Source: Ylistrum balloti (lineage: Eukaryota). Taken from it: a stretch of 64,000 bases of DNA. Numbering within the stretch: the first letter of the stretch is position 1; each line of letters begins with the position of its first letter. This document shows, piece after piece, positions 48,650 through 61,134 of this stretch. The notes beneath the pieces were generated by a model. The model was not told the DNA's origin. It saw nothing but the letters and a program-made list of their open reading frames with translations, and searched no databases. The position numbers were made by a program, and so were the translations under genes. Where the stretch lies: NCBI RefSeq assembly GCF_031769215.1, contig NW_026782427.1:1-64000 (forward strand). Direction: 5' to 3'.

Positions 48650-51600
48650 GTTTCTGCTTGACTAACACAGTGTCTCCAGCTTCTAAAGCTGACTCGACAG
48701 CTCCGCGTTTCTGATCAATATAAAGTTTATTTCTGTGTTTCATTTCACTGTCGCGATCGCGAACACTTTCATCAACATGTCGCTCTAACTGTTCCACCTG
48801 AGGTAATTTCGTACCCCACATTAATTCAGCTGGCGACACTCCTGTCGTCGCATGTGGCGTCGTCCGATAGGCTAAAAGATAAGTTCTGAGTTCATTTTTC
48901 CAATCTTTTGACTCGGCATGCGCGATTTTAATACGCTTGAGTAAAGACCGATTCTGTCGTTCTACCTCCCCATTCGCGGCTGGATGCAATGGTGTTACGC
49001 GACGATGGTGTATGGCATTCTCCTCCATGTACTCTCTAAACATATCGGACTTGAACTGGGGTCCATTATCGGACGTGACAGAGCACGGTAACCCATAACG
49101 ACTAAACATAGTCTCTAACACATCAATCAGCTTTCCGGTAGACATGTCCTTAGTAATTTCCAGCTCATAATATCTGCTATAATAATCAACCACGACAAAT
49201 ACATAGTGTCCGGTTGGGAGCGGTCCCATGAGATCAATCGCTAGATCTTGCCATGGTCCTATCGGCAAGGGTGTGGGCGTTACTGGCTCAGCGTGTGTAG
49301 AACTATCAACAATTTGACAGCCATGACACGCTTTCACATAGTTTTCTACATCCTTGTCCATACGCGGCCACCACACTTTAGTTCGGAGTTGTTTCGTTCC
49401 CACGATACCTAAGTGTCCTTGGTGAGCTAACTCCACACATTTCCTACGCAACGCTGTCGGAATTACTAACCGGGTTCCTCTTAACACTAAGTAACCGATT
49501 TGACTGAGTTCTTCTCTGACTGGGTAGTACATTGGACACGACTTGTCCCACCTACGCGACATTAGACAGATTCTTACGTCAGATAGTTCTTGGTCGACCT
49601 TTGACATTCCCTCGACCTCACGAGTAGACAACGCAATTGGAGTTGCCTCCCTTGCTGTAAACCTGACAAACTCTTCTGTCTCAGACTCTAGCTGACTCGG
49701 TGTCGGACTGACTTTGAGAGCCGGGTTCACTAACCTAGATAACGCATCAGGGATGTTTGTTTTTCCAGGTGCATATACAACTTTGAAATTGTATGGCATT
49801 AACTTCACGATCCATCGCTCAATCATGGCGTTAGGTTTTGACCTAGGTCCATACAACACTTCCAGCGGTTTATGGTCGGTAACCAATTCAAACGCGACTC
49901 CCTGGAGATACAATCGGAACTTCTCGCAAGCCCATACCACTGCAAGAGCTTCTTTCTCAGTCGTAGAGTACCTTTTCTCCACATCTGTCAACGCTTTGCT
50001 GGCATAGCTTATCACCTGCGAATTTCCATCATTTGACTGAATCAACATGGCTCCTAATCCTACATTACTAGCATCGGTTACAACTGTCGTCTTGCTAGCG
50101 TCAAGCTTAAAATGACCTAATGTCTCTGCTCTAGACAAACTCCCCTTGAGCTTATCAAAACTGGCTTGTTCTTCCTTTCCCCAACAGAACACAGCACCTT
50201 TCCTCGTAAGTTTCCGTAATGGCTCAGAAACTGTGGCCAGGTCCGGAATGTATCTGGCACTAAAATTCACCAATCCTAAGAAGCTTCGTATCTCAGCCCC
50301 TGATGTCGGAGGTTTCGCCTCAATGATCCCTTTCACTTGATCTGCTGTCGGCCCTATGCCGTCCATTGAAACCATATGTCCCATAAACTGAATCTGATTC
50401 ATCCCTAACTGACATTTCTGACGATTCAATGTCAAATTATTCTCCAAGATCCTGTCAAACACCTTCGCAAGTCGACGGTCATGTTCTTCCTTAGTTTCAG
50501 CGTGGACGACAATATCATCAGATATATTTTGTACTCCTTCACAGTCATGGAATACTTGCGAAATAACCTGCTGGTATTTCTCTGGTGCAGAATTTATACC
50601 AAACATAAGTCTTTTGTAGCGATAAAGACCCTTATGCGTAACAAACGTAGTTATGTCTCTCGAGTTCTCGTCCAACTCAATCTGGTGATAACCGTACTTG
50701 AGATCTAACTTGCTGAATACTTTGCTACCGTTCATGTTATACATGATCTCATCTACTGTCGGAATAGGATGTCTCTCCCGTATAATTGCTCTCTGTTTGC
50801 TTGCCTCATATCAACACAAATACGAATGTCACCGTCCGGTTTAGGCACGACAATGCAAGGACTGACCCAAGGTGTCGGCTTCTCAACCTTTTCAATAATA
50901 TCCAAGGTTTCCAACTCATCAATCTTGTCGCTTACCTTCGCCCTCAAACTATACGGTACCCTATACATGTGTTGAGCTACAGGTCGGACTGTCTCATCTA
51001 TGTGTAATTTCAGCTGATAGTCTTTCAACTTGCCTATACCATTAAAACATGCAGAATATTTGTCCAACAGATCATCCGTTACAACGTTAACCGAGTTGAC
51101 ACCTATCCTCAACATTCCAAGTTCCATGGCGGTGTCCCTACCAAGTAAGGCCGGTCCAGATCCATCCATCACATATATTTCAGCTTCAGACTTGTGGTCT
51201 GTATTGGGTACGTGAACTCGAGTCTGAAATTTCCCAATGAGCTTTAACGGTGTATCGGACCCATATGTAAACAACTGTGTGTCAAGTTTTCTCCGACTTA
51301 CATGTAATGTGGTTCTGTTTCAATTGTTCCCACAACTTCCGGTCAATAATGTTCACCGTAGCACCACTGTCAACAATGAAATCAACATCCTGTTTGTCTA
51401 CCTGTAGGCGGAATTTCTCTGACCTAGATCTCTGACTGACATTAAAAGCATAGTTATTCTGTTCTGGTTCAACAGCACAAACATTTCCTTTCCGCGGCCC
51501 ATTATTCCTCTGCGAATATGAGCTACTACGTTTCTGAGAACTTCCGGGTAACTTACTCTTACAACATTTTGCGAAATGTCCCACTTTTCCGCATTCATTA

Positions 51601-52584
51601 CACCTTTTAGTCTTTGCTGGACATTGGGGATCACGTGACAAGTGTCCCTCACGATCACATCTGTAACATTTCATATCCGTCTTTGGTTTATGTTCATGTG
51701 TCCGTTTAGCATGACCCTGTTTAGCAGCACCATGACTTGACAAACTCACTCTGTTTAATGTTCCTTGATGGCTTTCCATCTTCTTTGCCTGTGTTTCAGC
51801 CTGTTCTAAAGTACTAGCCATCATTCGTAGCTGATCTAAAGTCAATTTGTGACCTTTCTCTAGCAGACGTTGCCGTAATTTGTGCGACCTACATTTTTCG
51901 ATGACTTGATCCCTAATTTGTTCGTCCGGCTTGTCAAATTCACAAAGCACCGATTGTTGTCGTAATTTGGTTACAAATTGTTCAACAGTTTCATTTTCCT
52001 CTTGTTTCATAGACCTAAATGCATACCTTTCATAGGGCACATTGATTTTTGATTTGAAATGTTTTTCTAATGCGGCGGTTGTTTTCTCGTAAGCATTACC
52101 TCCGTCCCCCTCTGGCAGTGTGAAAAAAATGTCCTGTACATCTTGACCCGCACAGTGCAATAACAATGCACGCTTTTGATCCACATCTGTTACACCCTTT
52201 CCTAATGAGAAAAGTTCAAAACTTCTTAACCATCTTTTCCAAGCTTGATGGGTTTTCATCGACTCCCCATGTGCGTCGAATGTACACATTCCATTCAACT
52301 CGATTTTCGCCATATTTCCTATATCTTCACTTGAAATAAGGTTGGATACGTCTTCTAGATCACTCACGGATTCTTCGAAGGCATCCTCGTCGCCAGATGA
52401 AGTGTCTTGGTCATCGGATGACAGGATAACAGAGACAGACATAAACACTCAACTCGTTTATTAACAATGGCGTACCGGAAGTCCCCCTACACAAGGGCCC
52501 GTTCGATAGGCACTAACCCTAAAGTCAATTATTCAAGGGCCGTAACTTTTGCGGCCTTATACACAAGTTATACTAAACACTACA
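48650..52584 (-). mobile_element. Steamer-like Mag-clade Gypsy retrotransposon; 5' LTR 52398-52584, tRNA-Ser PBS 52382-52395; 3' end lost
   Basis: 187-bp LTR TGTAGTGT..ACACTTCA and PBS TGGCGACGAGGATG. Gag from ATG 52313 with two CCHC knuckles. Protease VDSGA; RT KLDL..GYHQ, ISDD; RNase H TDAS; integrase H-H-C-C, IDLMGP, SDNGPQF, GEVER. Two frameshifts (~51290, ~50790). Confidence 0.9.
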
Positions 52585-54414
52585 GATTCCGATGACGAAA
52601 AAAGAATGGACAGAGCACGTTCCAGGGCCAATCGAAAAATAAAGGCTGCGAAGCAGAAATCTGTAACGAAATGGAGATCTCGGTACTCACCATATCAACA
52701 ACACCAGGTTTATCCAGCACCGATGGAAACAACCGGTCAACTGGATAAAATGGCTATTAGAACCCCGAGGCCCGGTTTGTATTATGGATGCGGTAGGGCC
52801 GGACATTGGAGGTCGGAGTGTCCAGCCATGTCAACTGCGGGATCCAGCACCGGTCAAAAGCTAAGTAGAATTTTTTATTCTAAGCATGGTCAGCATAATA
52901 GCGATGAAACCGCTCCGACGGTGGTTGTAAAAGATGTGCTTTCACCTTTTGGTAGGTTAAAGAAACGTTTTGTATATTGGAAAGCTTCTGGCACTTATGA
53001 CGCGGTTTTATCGGTAATAGCCAATGGTTATAATTTACCATTCAAAGAAATTCCGTCGAATGTTCGTCTGCGAAACAACAAGCGCGTGACAATATGCAGT
53101 TTGTTTATGCAGAGGGAAAAAAAATTGCTTCGTATAGACTGCGTGTCCGAGGTCAAAGTTCGGCCACGTGTTGTAAATCCTCTGACAGTTGCGTACAACC
53201 GGGCAGGTAAAGCACGTCTCCTGTTAGATTGTCGTCATATCAATCTATTCTTGCACAAGTTCAAATTCAAATACAAGGACGCGAGCATCGCTCGAGAAAT
53301 GTTTCATCAAGGTGACTTCATGTTCACTTTCGATTTAAAGTCGGCTTATCATCACATTGAAATTTATCCAGAGCACAAGAGATTTTTTTAGGTTTCGAGC
53401 CTGAAATGGGCGGAGTTACCAGTTCTTTTGTGTTCAATGTTGTTCCGTTCGGTATCTCTACCGCCGGCTATATTTTCACAAAGGTACTACGACAGGTTGT
53501 AAAGCACGTGCGATGTCAAGGTCATCGTTTAGTGCTGTATTTAGACGAATGTATTGGTGGACACGAAACGGTAGGCGGGGCTAGAGAAATTAGGAAATGC
53601 TTGACTGATTATGGCTTTCTTATCGCCGAGGAAAAGTGCCAAAGGGAGCCGTCCCAGACCGTCACGTGGCTCGGATACACATGGGCTATGAAAGAGGGTG
53701 TTGTTAGAGTCTCGGTTGACAGAGTGAATAGATTGTTGTTTTTGCTAAAACACACAATGGCTTTAGTGAGCGATCGAGGTCAGTTATTGTTCTCGGCCAG
53801 GTACGTCGCCAGCATTGTTGGGCTGGTTATATCAATGCAGGGCGTGATAGGGTCGTTAGTCCGTTTGCGGACACGTGAACTGAGCTCGTGTTTGTTGACA
53901 AGAGTCAGCTGGAATGCTGGAGTATTTCTCAATGCGAGAGCACTTGATGAGATAGAATTTTGGTTGTCTAACGTGCAAGATCTGAATGACAAAGGGTCTG
54001 AACTGAGGGAGAAAACGGTATTTTCTGATGCCTCTGAGACAGGATACGGAGGTTTTGTTATCCCGTGTGGGGATCCTCTTATGGAGGGAGATGAAGTGCT
54101 CAGTGTCGAGGACACTAATTATGTGCATGAGGCATTTGCCTTGACTGAAGGTCAATTCAACCTTCCAACGGTGAAGAGTTTGTACGCTCATCGTAGTCAT
54201 GTCGTTATGGGAACGTGGGACGATGCCGAGCGCATTGCACAGCTCCACGTGGAGAGAATTGGAAGCGGCCAAACGAGTTCTGTATAGTACTGTGGGTCAG
54301 GTCAAATGTCAGAATGTCGAATTGTTAATGGACAACAAGAACGTGTGTGCTATTGTGAAGGTCGGTAGCGGTAAAGCACACCTACAAAAGGTCGCTATGA
54401 TCACAATTGATTAA
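52585..54414 (+). mobile_element. DIRS-type retrotransposon fragment (gag end, RT, RNase H)
   Basis: DSDDEKR and a CYGCGRAGHWRSEC knuckle. VVNPL.V, FDLKSAYHHI, PFG, YLDE (catalytic Asp changed), SDASETGYGG, SSTWREL. Frameshifts at ~53395 and ~54240. Confidence 0.9.
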
Positions 54415-54828
54415 ATTTCCTTTAACAATATGGTACAAACTGGTTTGCTACTTTATCAAAACTGTGCTGGGTTTTGTTGAACTTAGGTGACCGTTTGGGC
54501 CCTTCGGCCTTTTGTTGATAAGGAAATGGAATTTTGATGAACATGATTTACCATATATTTAATATTTTTTATGGGGTTTAATTATGTAGTATGCTTTTCA
54601 GGAAACCGATCTTTTGTCAAAGTTTTATCATCAGTAGATGGGCCTGATATAAGCTGTTTACAGCAGACTTGGTAGTGACAGATCCTAGATAATTAGCTCT
54701 GTTGTTTCCGTTACTTTGTACAGCATCTCTTTTGCAAGTTTTGAAATATAAATTGATTCTTAACTTTGTTTATCTCACATTTTATAAGGGTTGGTGATTA
54801 CTTACATTTATGCTTTTTTTTTTCAGGC

Positions 54829-55060
54829 CAGGTCATCTTAGACATGAAACAACAGACTTGTTTGAAATTATTGTTTAAAGAAAACATTTCAATGCGCAGA
54901 GAACTGAAAATGAAAGAATGTAACAATGCTTATTGCTGGAAATGAATGCCTTAAAGGTCTGGAGTGGAAAAAAAGTAAAGAATACCATCCATAATTGGAT
55001 TATGAATGAAAAGAGGAAAACAAAAAAATGGTTAGGGAAATGAGCAAGGAACAATGATGG
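54829..55060 (+). pseudogene. Degenerate terminal exon, possibly helix-turn-helix/Myb-like
   Basis: An acceptor ttttttttcag is followed by a stop-riddled frame ending WSGKKVKNTIHNWIMNEKRK. Confidence 0.25.
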
Positions 55061-56961
55061 CACTTCCTGAAACCTTCAAATGACTGTTTTGTTAGGTCAG
55101 AGGTCAAAGTTTATGGTATAAATATTAATATTACCACATAATGAAGAAAAGTTCGTAAAAAGAAAGTCACTACTATTTTTCATGATCATTATAATGAATA
55201 CCACAACAGTTTTTTTATAAGTAAATATTTTATGATGTCCTGTTAAAAGTTTTTCTATTGTAATACATGTATGTAACGATATGTAAGCTGCACGTCCGGG
55301 GTTGTGTACATGAAATATGAAAGATACAAGATCAGAGATAAAGGCCCATGCAAAACTTTATATCTCATATTTATTAATGAATGGAATATGCATTAAGGTG
55401 TCCCATTTATATTGCATCACCATAGTTAAAGACTTCGGGTCTAATATCAAAGTCTTTACTAAAATAACTTATGGTATAATATGCTATTGAAAAGGAAAGA
55501 TGACTTTTTTCAAATAAAGAACACATGCTTTATTATCATCTAGTTTCAATTAATTCATGACTAAATATTTATGCATAAAGTTCTGTATGCAATTAACAGG
55601 TTTTTACTTGTTTATTTAGGTTTTGGCAATGTCGATATTATGACAGTTTGAATCCATTGTTCATCAGATAGATGCAACTTTGCATGTCAAATATCATGAT
55701 TTATACATGAAGATTTCGACAACTTATATTTTAGCAAGCTATCATCGGATGTGAGCAATTCAAATTGCCCTTCATCTGTACTTCGTCTATCCTTATGTAA
55801 ACAATTCTTGTTATAGTTATTTCTTGTAAAATGTTTCAAGGGATCACTCCCAAATTTCACATGTACCAGTAGGCTTGGTACCTGGCTGTGCATTTACTCT
55901 TTTTTCATACTGATCTGAAAAACAATATAGCCAACAGTTTGATTTTGACAGTTACAGTTTGTTATTGCTATTTCTAGTTTATGTTTTATATTTCTTGGGA
56001 AGTACTGGGGATGATCCTCAAATTTCATATTACATAACTTTCTCCCCTTATTGTTTATTGTCTGTTTTCTATTATCTGAAAAGCAATACACTTCTAAATG
56101 ATTATTGCAGTTTGTGGAGTAATACTGATAGGATCATTTTTTCTAGGTCCCTGTTTATTCAAACCAAACATTCAGAGGAAAGAATATAGAAAAGAATGAG
56201 AAATATTCAAGTTACAAACTTTCAATGGTGGGCGGCAATCACGATTCCTGTGATATATCGTGTTACATTTTGTATTTTTTCTTTTATTACAATTGTATTT
56301 TTTTTTCATCCTGAGGTTGAAAATAAAAGCACAGCAACTGAATATTCATGTGTTGTGATTGTTTTTATTTGATATTGCACAAGCTAATTTGCAGTAAATG
56401 ATCTGAAGTCCGTATGAAGCTAATCCTGATGATGTATATAAAATGTTGCTACCATACTTACTGACATCTAGTTTTATACACAAAACTGGTTTTCATAATG
56501 TAAATTTGATGTCCCCCACCATGAACTGGAGTGGACTATATAATGTAGTTTTGCATTTTGTCCTTTCCTGTTTTGTGCAGGTGTTATCTTCTAAACTACT
56601 TGTCTCTGGAATCCCATACTTGGCACATGGGTTCACCGTGGAGAGGTGACGTGTTGGATATCCTAACTATTACTACTTACTGCAGCTTCATATTCCGCAT
56701 TTGGATTGACAATGCTGAGGCTGTAGGTCACGTATCAAAAGTAGGTCACTGACCCACATCATGGGAAAAGCCTGTCTATGCTTTATCAGCTTTACTACTT
56801 TTTACTTGATCTTCACTTTATATACGGGTTCACCTTGATGTGTTTTACCATAAGTCACTGTGACTTACATTTTGACCTTGACCAAAATAGAATGTTCCAG
56901 ACTCTTTCATACTATGCTTGTCACTGGGACTGTATGCAACAGAGGTCATTACTTATTTAAA

Positions 56962-57045
56962 TGACTCCGCTAGGATTAGAACCCGGGACCTCTGGCTTAT
57001 ATATAATTACAAGTCCAACGCTCAACTGATTGAGCTAAAGAAAAG
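56962..57045 (-). repeat. tRNA-derived (Thr-like) repeat head / tRNA pseudogene
   Basis: A-box TAGCTCAATCAGTTGAG, anticodon loop cttgtaa and B-box-like GGTTCTAATCC. There is an AT insertion and the acceptor stem is poor. Confidence 0.55.
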
Positions 57046-57165
57046 TTCTCTCTAGCCGAACGGGATATTGCGGCCGTTTAAATACTTCGCTGAACTACTT
57101 TAGTATTACCACAATGTCCAGTGACATCATTTTAGTTTTTTGTGGTCTTGGCTATTCAATCTGAT

Positions 57166-57460
57166 GTTGCCACACTGTGTTTTAACAAAATGTCGCTGAA
57201 GTGAGGTACTTATTATGTACCTCGCTTGGCTGATGCAGTGTTGCCACACTGTGTGTGTACAAAATGTTGCTGAAGTGAGGTACTTATTATGTACCTCGCT
57301 TGGCTGATGCAGTGTTGCCACACTGTGTGTGTACAAAATGTTGCTGAAGTGAGGTACTTATTATGTACTCGCTTGGCTGATGCATTGTTGCCACAGTGTT
57401 TTAACAAAATGTCGCTGAAGAGAGGTAGGTTTGTGTACCTCGCTTGGCTGATTCATTGTT
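57166..57460. repeat. 74-bp tandem repeat, ~4 copies
   Basis: Unit tgttgccacactgtgt..acaaaatgt.gctgaagtgaggtacttattatgtacctcgcttggctgatgca. Confidence 0.92.
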
Positions 57461-58799
57461 ACACACTTTTATTAGGATTGTCATAATAGGCTGAATAGAT
57501 TTTTTATGTACATATACATGTATAAGCTAACACGTTTTCTCTGATATCCGCTTTATATAATTACCTTGAGGCTCCGACAGTAAATGGAATATTTACGGCA
57601 GATTATCGTTTTGACTAAAGTTTTCGAATATTTTTCTTACATTTCGTTACGTCATTGTGAATCTGACGTAACATAAATAATGCAAATAAGGGTTACAATA
57701 AAGCAAATGATGTCTTCGTGGTTGAGATAATTATGTTCAGTTAGTCGATACACTATAATTTAAAAGAAAATTATGCATGTGACGTCTATTGAAAATATTT
57801 TCATGGATAACCACTAGTTAAAGTGTGGTATACAGTATATACAAACCGAGGTATTTCTTAAAAGATATGCAAATCTACCTCTCTATGCATGTAAAATGCT
57901 TTGCGTACATATGTATAAATAACTGCTGCTTATATGACGAGCAGATCGGTAATTACTTAGCGTCAATTTTGTTTTGTGTGCAACAGGAACGGGAAAGGTC
58001 CATCGAAGTTTAGTGTGTAGATCTATACAATAAGACAGCGTTCCCCGTTGATTAGCTATAGGCCTACAGTACCCCTGAATGAGTGTAAAAAAACCCCTGA
58101 AAACTTCGGAAAAAATGGCGTATTGAAAGTTTAAAATACAAGTATAGAACTACACGTAGTTTCATTGACGAACTATCATAAGTATCTACGTTATACATTG
58201 ACAGTAGTGTTCGTTCACATTGTACTAATTCAGTATACGTAGAGCTCTGAATCTGCAGAGATATGGTCTTTATTTTAGACGGCTCATCTTAGAATCAAAA
58301 TAAGAACAAAACAAAATTAAAACTAAACTTTCTTTTAATTTCTCTGTATATCAAAAAAATATCTGCTAAGTAGAATCCATCAAAGATGTACAGTACAAAG
58401 GCCTACTCGGTATATATGTAAATTAAGTAATATATAATCCTTGGATCTTTTGTATGCATATTGAACTTGTTTTAGATGACGAAGAGAAAGAGGAAGTACG
58501 TGGAAAGGGAGGAGTCCGTCTCGGTCAATCAGTGTAGAATTGGTAAGAATGGATCAAATAAACTTGTACATTATATGACATTCTGAAGTTTAGTCTTTAA
58601 GATACCATAATATTCATCGTAATATATTCACAGTGTGCTTATAAAATCACAAAAAAGTATAATGGATGTGTTTATTAAAACCAGTCACAGAAGAAATTTG
58701 TGAAATCTATTGTCAAATGACTCAAAAAATATGAAGAAGCTTTCATTCAAGTCAATTGTTTAAACAGTACCAAGTTCTTCATTTCCATCACATAACTTG

Positions 58800-59040
58800 T
58801 GTTTCTTGCAATGGATTTCAAGTTATCAACCAAAGTTGGTGTGTTAATTGCTAGTATATATATTATCAAGATCTTGCAAGAGACCATTATTGGGGAAAAT
58901 CCCCATTTACCAGAGTTATAATAGGACTGGATTTTCTACAAACTTTGGTGTGTTGCTTCATATAATCAAGATCTTGGATGAGATTAATATTGAGAAAAAT
59001 CAGTCAAGTTGCTAAGTTATGGGACTTGAAATCTGTTAAA
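58800..59040 (+). repeat. Two diverged ~120-bp HINE-like core repeats
   Basis: aa(g/c)ttggtgtgtt..tcaagatctt..gaaaa..agttat..ggact appears twice. Confidence 0.45.
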
Positions 59041-60916
59041 AGTGGTTATTTCTGCGTAGGGTTACCACAATGTATTGGTATATATGGGTCATTCCAAGCT
59101 AAACCGTAATGTGGACACGGCTCCCAAAAATGATAAAATTTTCTCAGTAATATTCCTTTAATACTATTTATACTTGACTAAACTAGAAGTAAATAAATTC
59201 AATATATAGATCAAATAATTTCAACAACAATGTACGATAAATATTGAAAAATCTGAAAATTATAATTAAAATCCTCATTTTTAGCGCCATTTTTTGTGAC
59301 ATTTCACACCACCATAGTTCATGAATGACAAAGAAGATCGTGATGCGTGCCTGCAATGACTTCTTGTTACTTATTTAAAATAAATAATGTATAGCAACAC
59401 AGAAATAGTATGATTTTTATAATACAAAGCTTAAAAGTTGTTTTATTTTAAATAAAAAATTTGCGTTTGGACGTCACGGTGTCGGTCAAATAGTTGACAT
59501 TTATTGTGAAGAGCAAAACGTGATTTTCTCTTTCGTTTAACTAGGAAATGGACATGCAAATAATACCCGCGAGTATTTTAAATACAAATATGTCCTAATG
59601 AATACTGTAAACAGCTCTGATATAAACATAGGACAATTCTAATTGGACACGGATTCTGTCGGTCAAAACGTGGCGTACGAAACAATCGACTCTGATGAGA
59701 GTTAGTTTGATTAAAGATCGACTGGAGTTATCGTTATGCGTACTACGTCACTTCCGGAATCACGCAAATGTGAAATCAAGTGTGCGGGGACGAAGTATGG
59801 CCTCCAACGAGGTAAGTATTAGTGTCGGTCAACTACATTTTGTGTTGGTCACGTCTGAAACGTGTCACTATTAGCCACATCTACACGAGTTAGCTAAGAT
59901 TATAGAGTCTATACAGTTTATGTTAAAAAACCAATGCCGTTTCATTTCAAACATTGTTCAACTGAATGAGTTTATGCGCGTAAACACAAAGTGTTGTTGT
60001 GTACGTGATTTTTTGACAGGCGACCAATGACGAGTGCAGAACAGACGTTACTTTTTGACATCGATCGATTTAAAATGCATGTGTTCACTAACGTACACAA
60101 CAGTATAACTGCTGATTGATTTGTTTTTAAGTTGTAATTTTGCAGCCATATTTCGGTTTATTTACATTTCAAAGTGACGACAAATAGTGTACAAGAGCAA
60201 GACATTTGTTATGGGCTTTGGTGGGAAAAGGTGTTGGATGTTGCGTACGTAGTCAGTTGACGGTCTTGTATCGTTTCGTACGTGCATAGGTGGACAAAAC
60301 ATTTGTTGTCATTCCTAATTTTCATAACGTACAAAACATTTATTTCCATTTAATTACAACTAAGTGTGCAACCGATGTCTTTGTTACTATCATTTAAAAC
60401 TGGAGACAATAAAAGCATATTTTGCTTACAAATCCAAACTCTTGACTTGCTGCTTTCATTAGGAAAGCTGTCTGCTGTTGCGTACATTATTTTAGACACA
60501 CATTTATTGTTCGTACGTTACATCTTGACATTGCACTTCAGGTTTCTGTCACGTACGAATCATTTTATTTCTATTTGATTGTTATAACGGCGTGGAACTG
60601 ATTTATTTTTAACTTCATAGAAATAAAGACTATCAAAATATCTGGTTTACAAACCTGCAATCATCTGATTTACACTGCTTTCAGTAGGAAAGCTGTCTGC
60701 TGTTGCGTACATTATTTTAGACACACATTTAGATTTTTCGTACAATAATGATGGGTAGTGGGTAGATGTGCATGAAGTAAGGATTTTTTGGTTCCGCACT
60801 GTCCGTCTGTCCGTTCGTTAAATTTTTTTTCTGTAGCCAAGTTAAAGCTTTTCAACATTTTAATCTGCAAATGATAACATAGTGGAGCTGCATCACCGTA
60901 ATTTCGTTATGGATCT

Positions 60917-61075
60917 GGGGCAGTGGTGGCCGAGTAGTCTAGGGTACTGGCTTGTGCTACAGATCACAGTATGAAACTTGTACGAGTTTGAGCCATCACC
61001 ATTCCGAAACTGACCACCCCGATATGAGTACAGTAATCATGAAGGGACGTAAAATACCACTAAATTGAAATCAAA
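60917..61075 (+). repeat. tRNA-derived SINE
   Basis: A-box ggtggccgagtagtctagg, a degenerate B-box, and a tail gggacgtaaaatacc..aaat. Confidence 0.5.
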
Positions 61076-61134
61076 ATCCTTCTGACCTTTTTCATTACAA
61101 AATTTTCCTATATATATATGTGATTTATTTTCAG

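Noticed and set aside
56962-57045. Functional tRNA-Thr gene
   Set aside because: An AT-rich insertion after the anticodon loop, a mutated B-box and a poor acceptor stem make it more likely a repeat-derived head.
58487-58553. Candidate micro-exon MTKRKRKYVEREESVSVNQCRI with AG/GT flanks
   Set aside because: It is isolated, lies outside the putative Sola2 end, and has no connectable exons.
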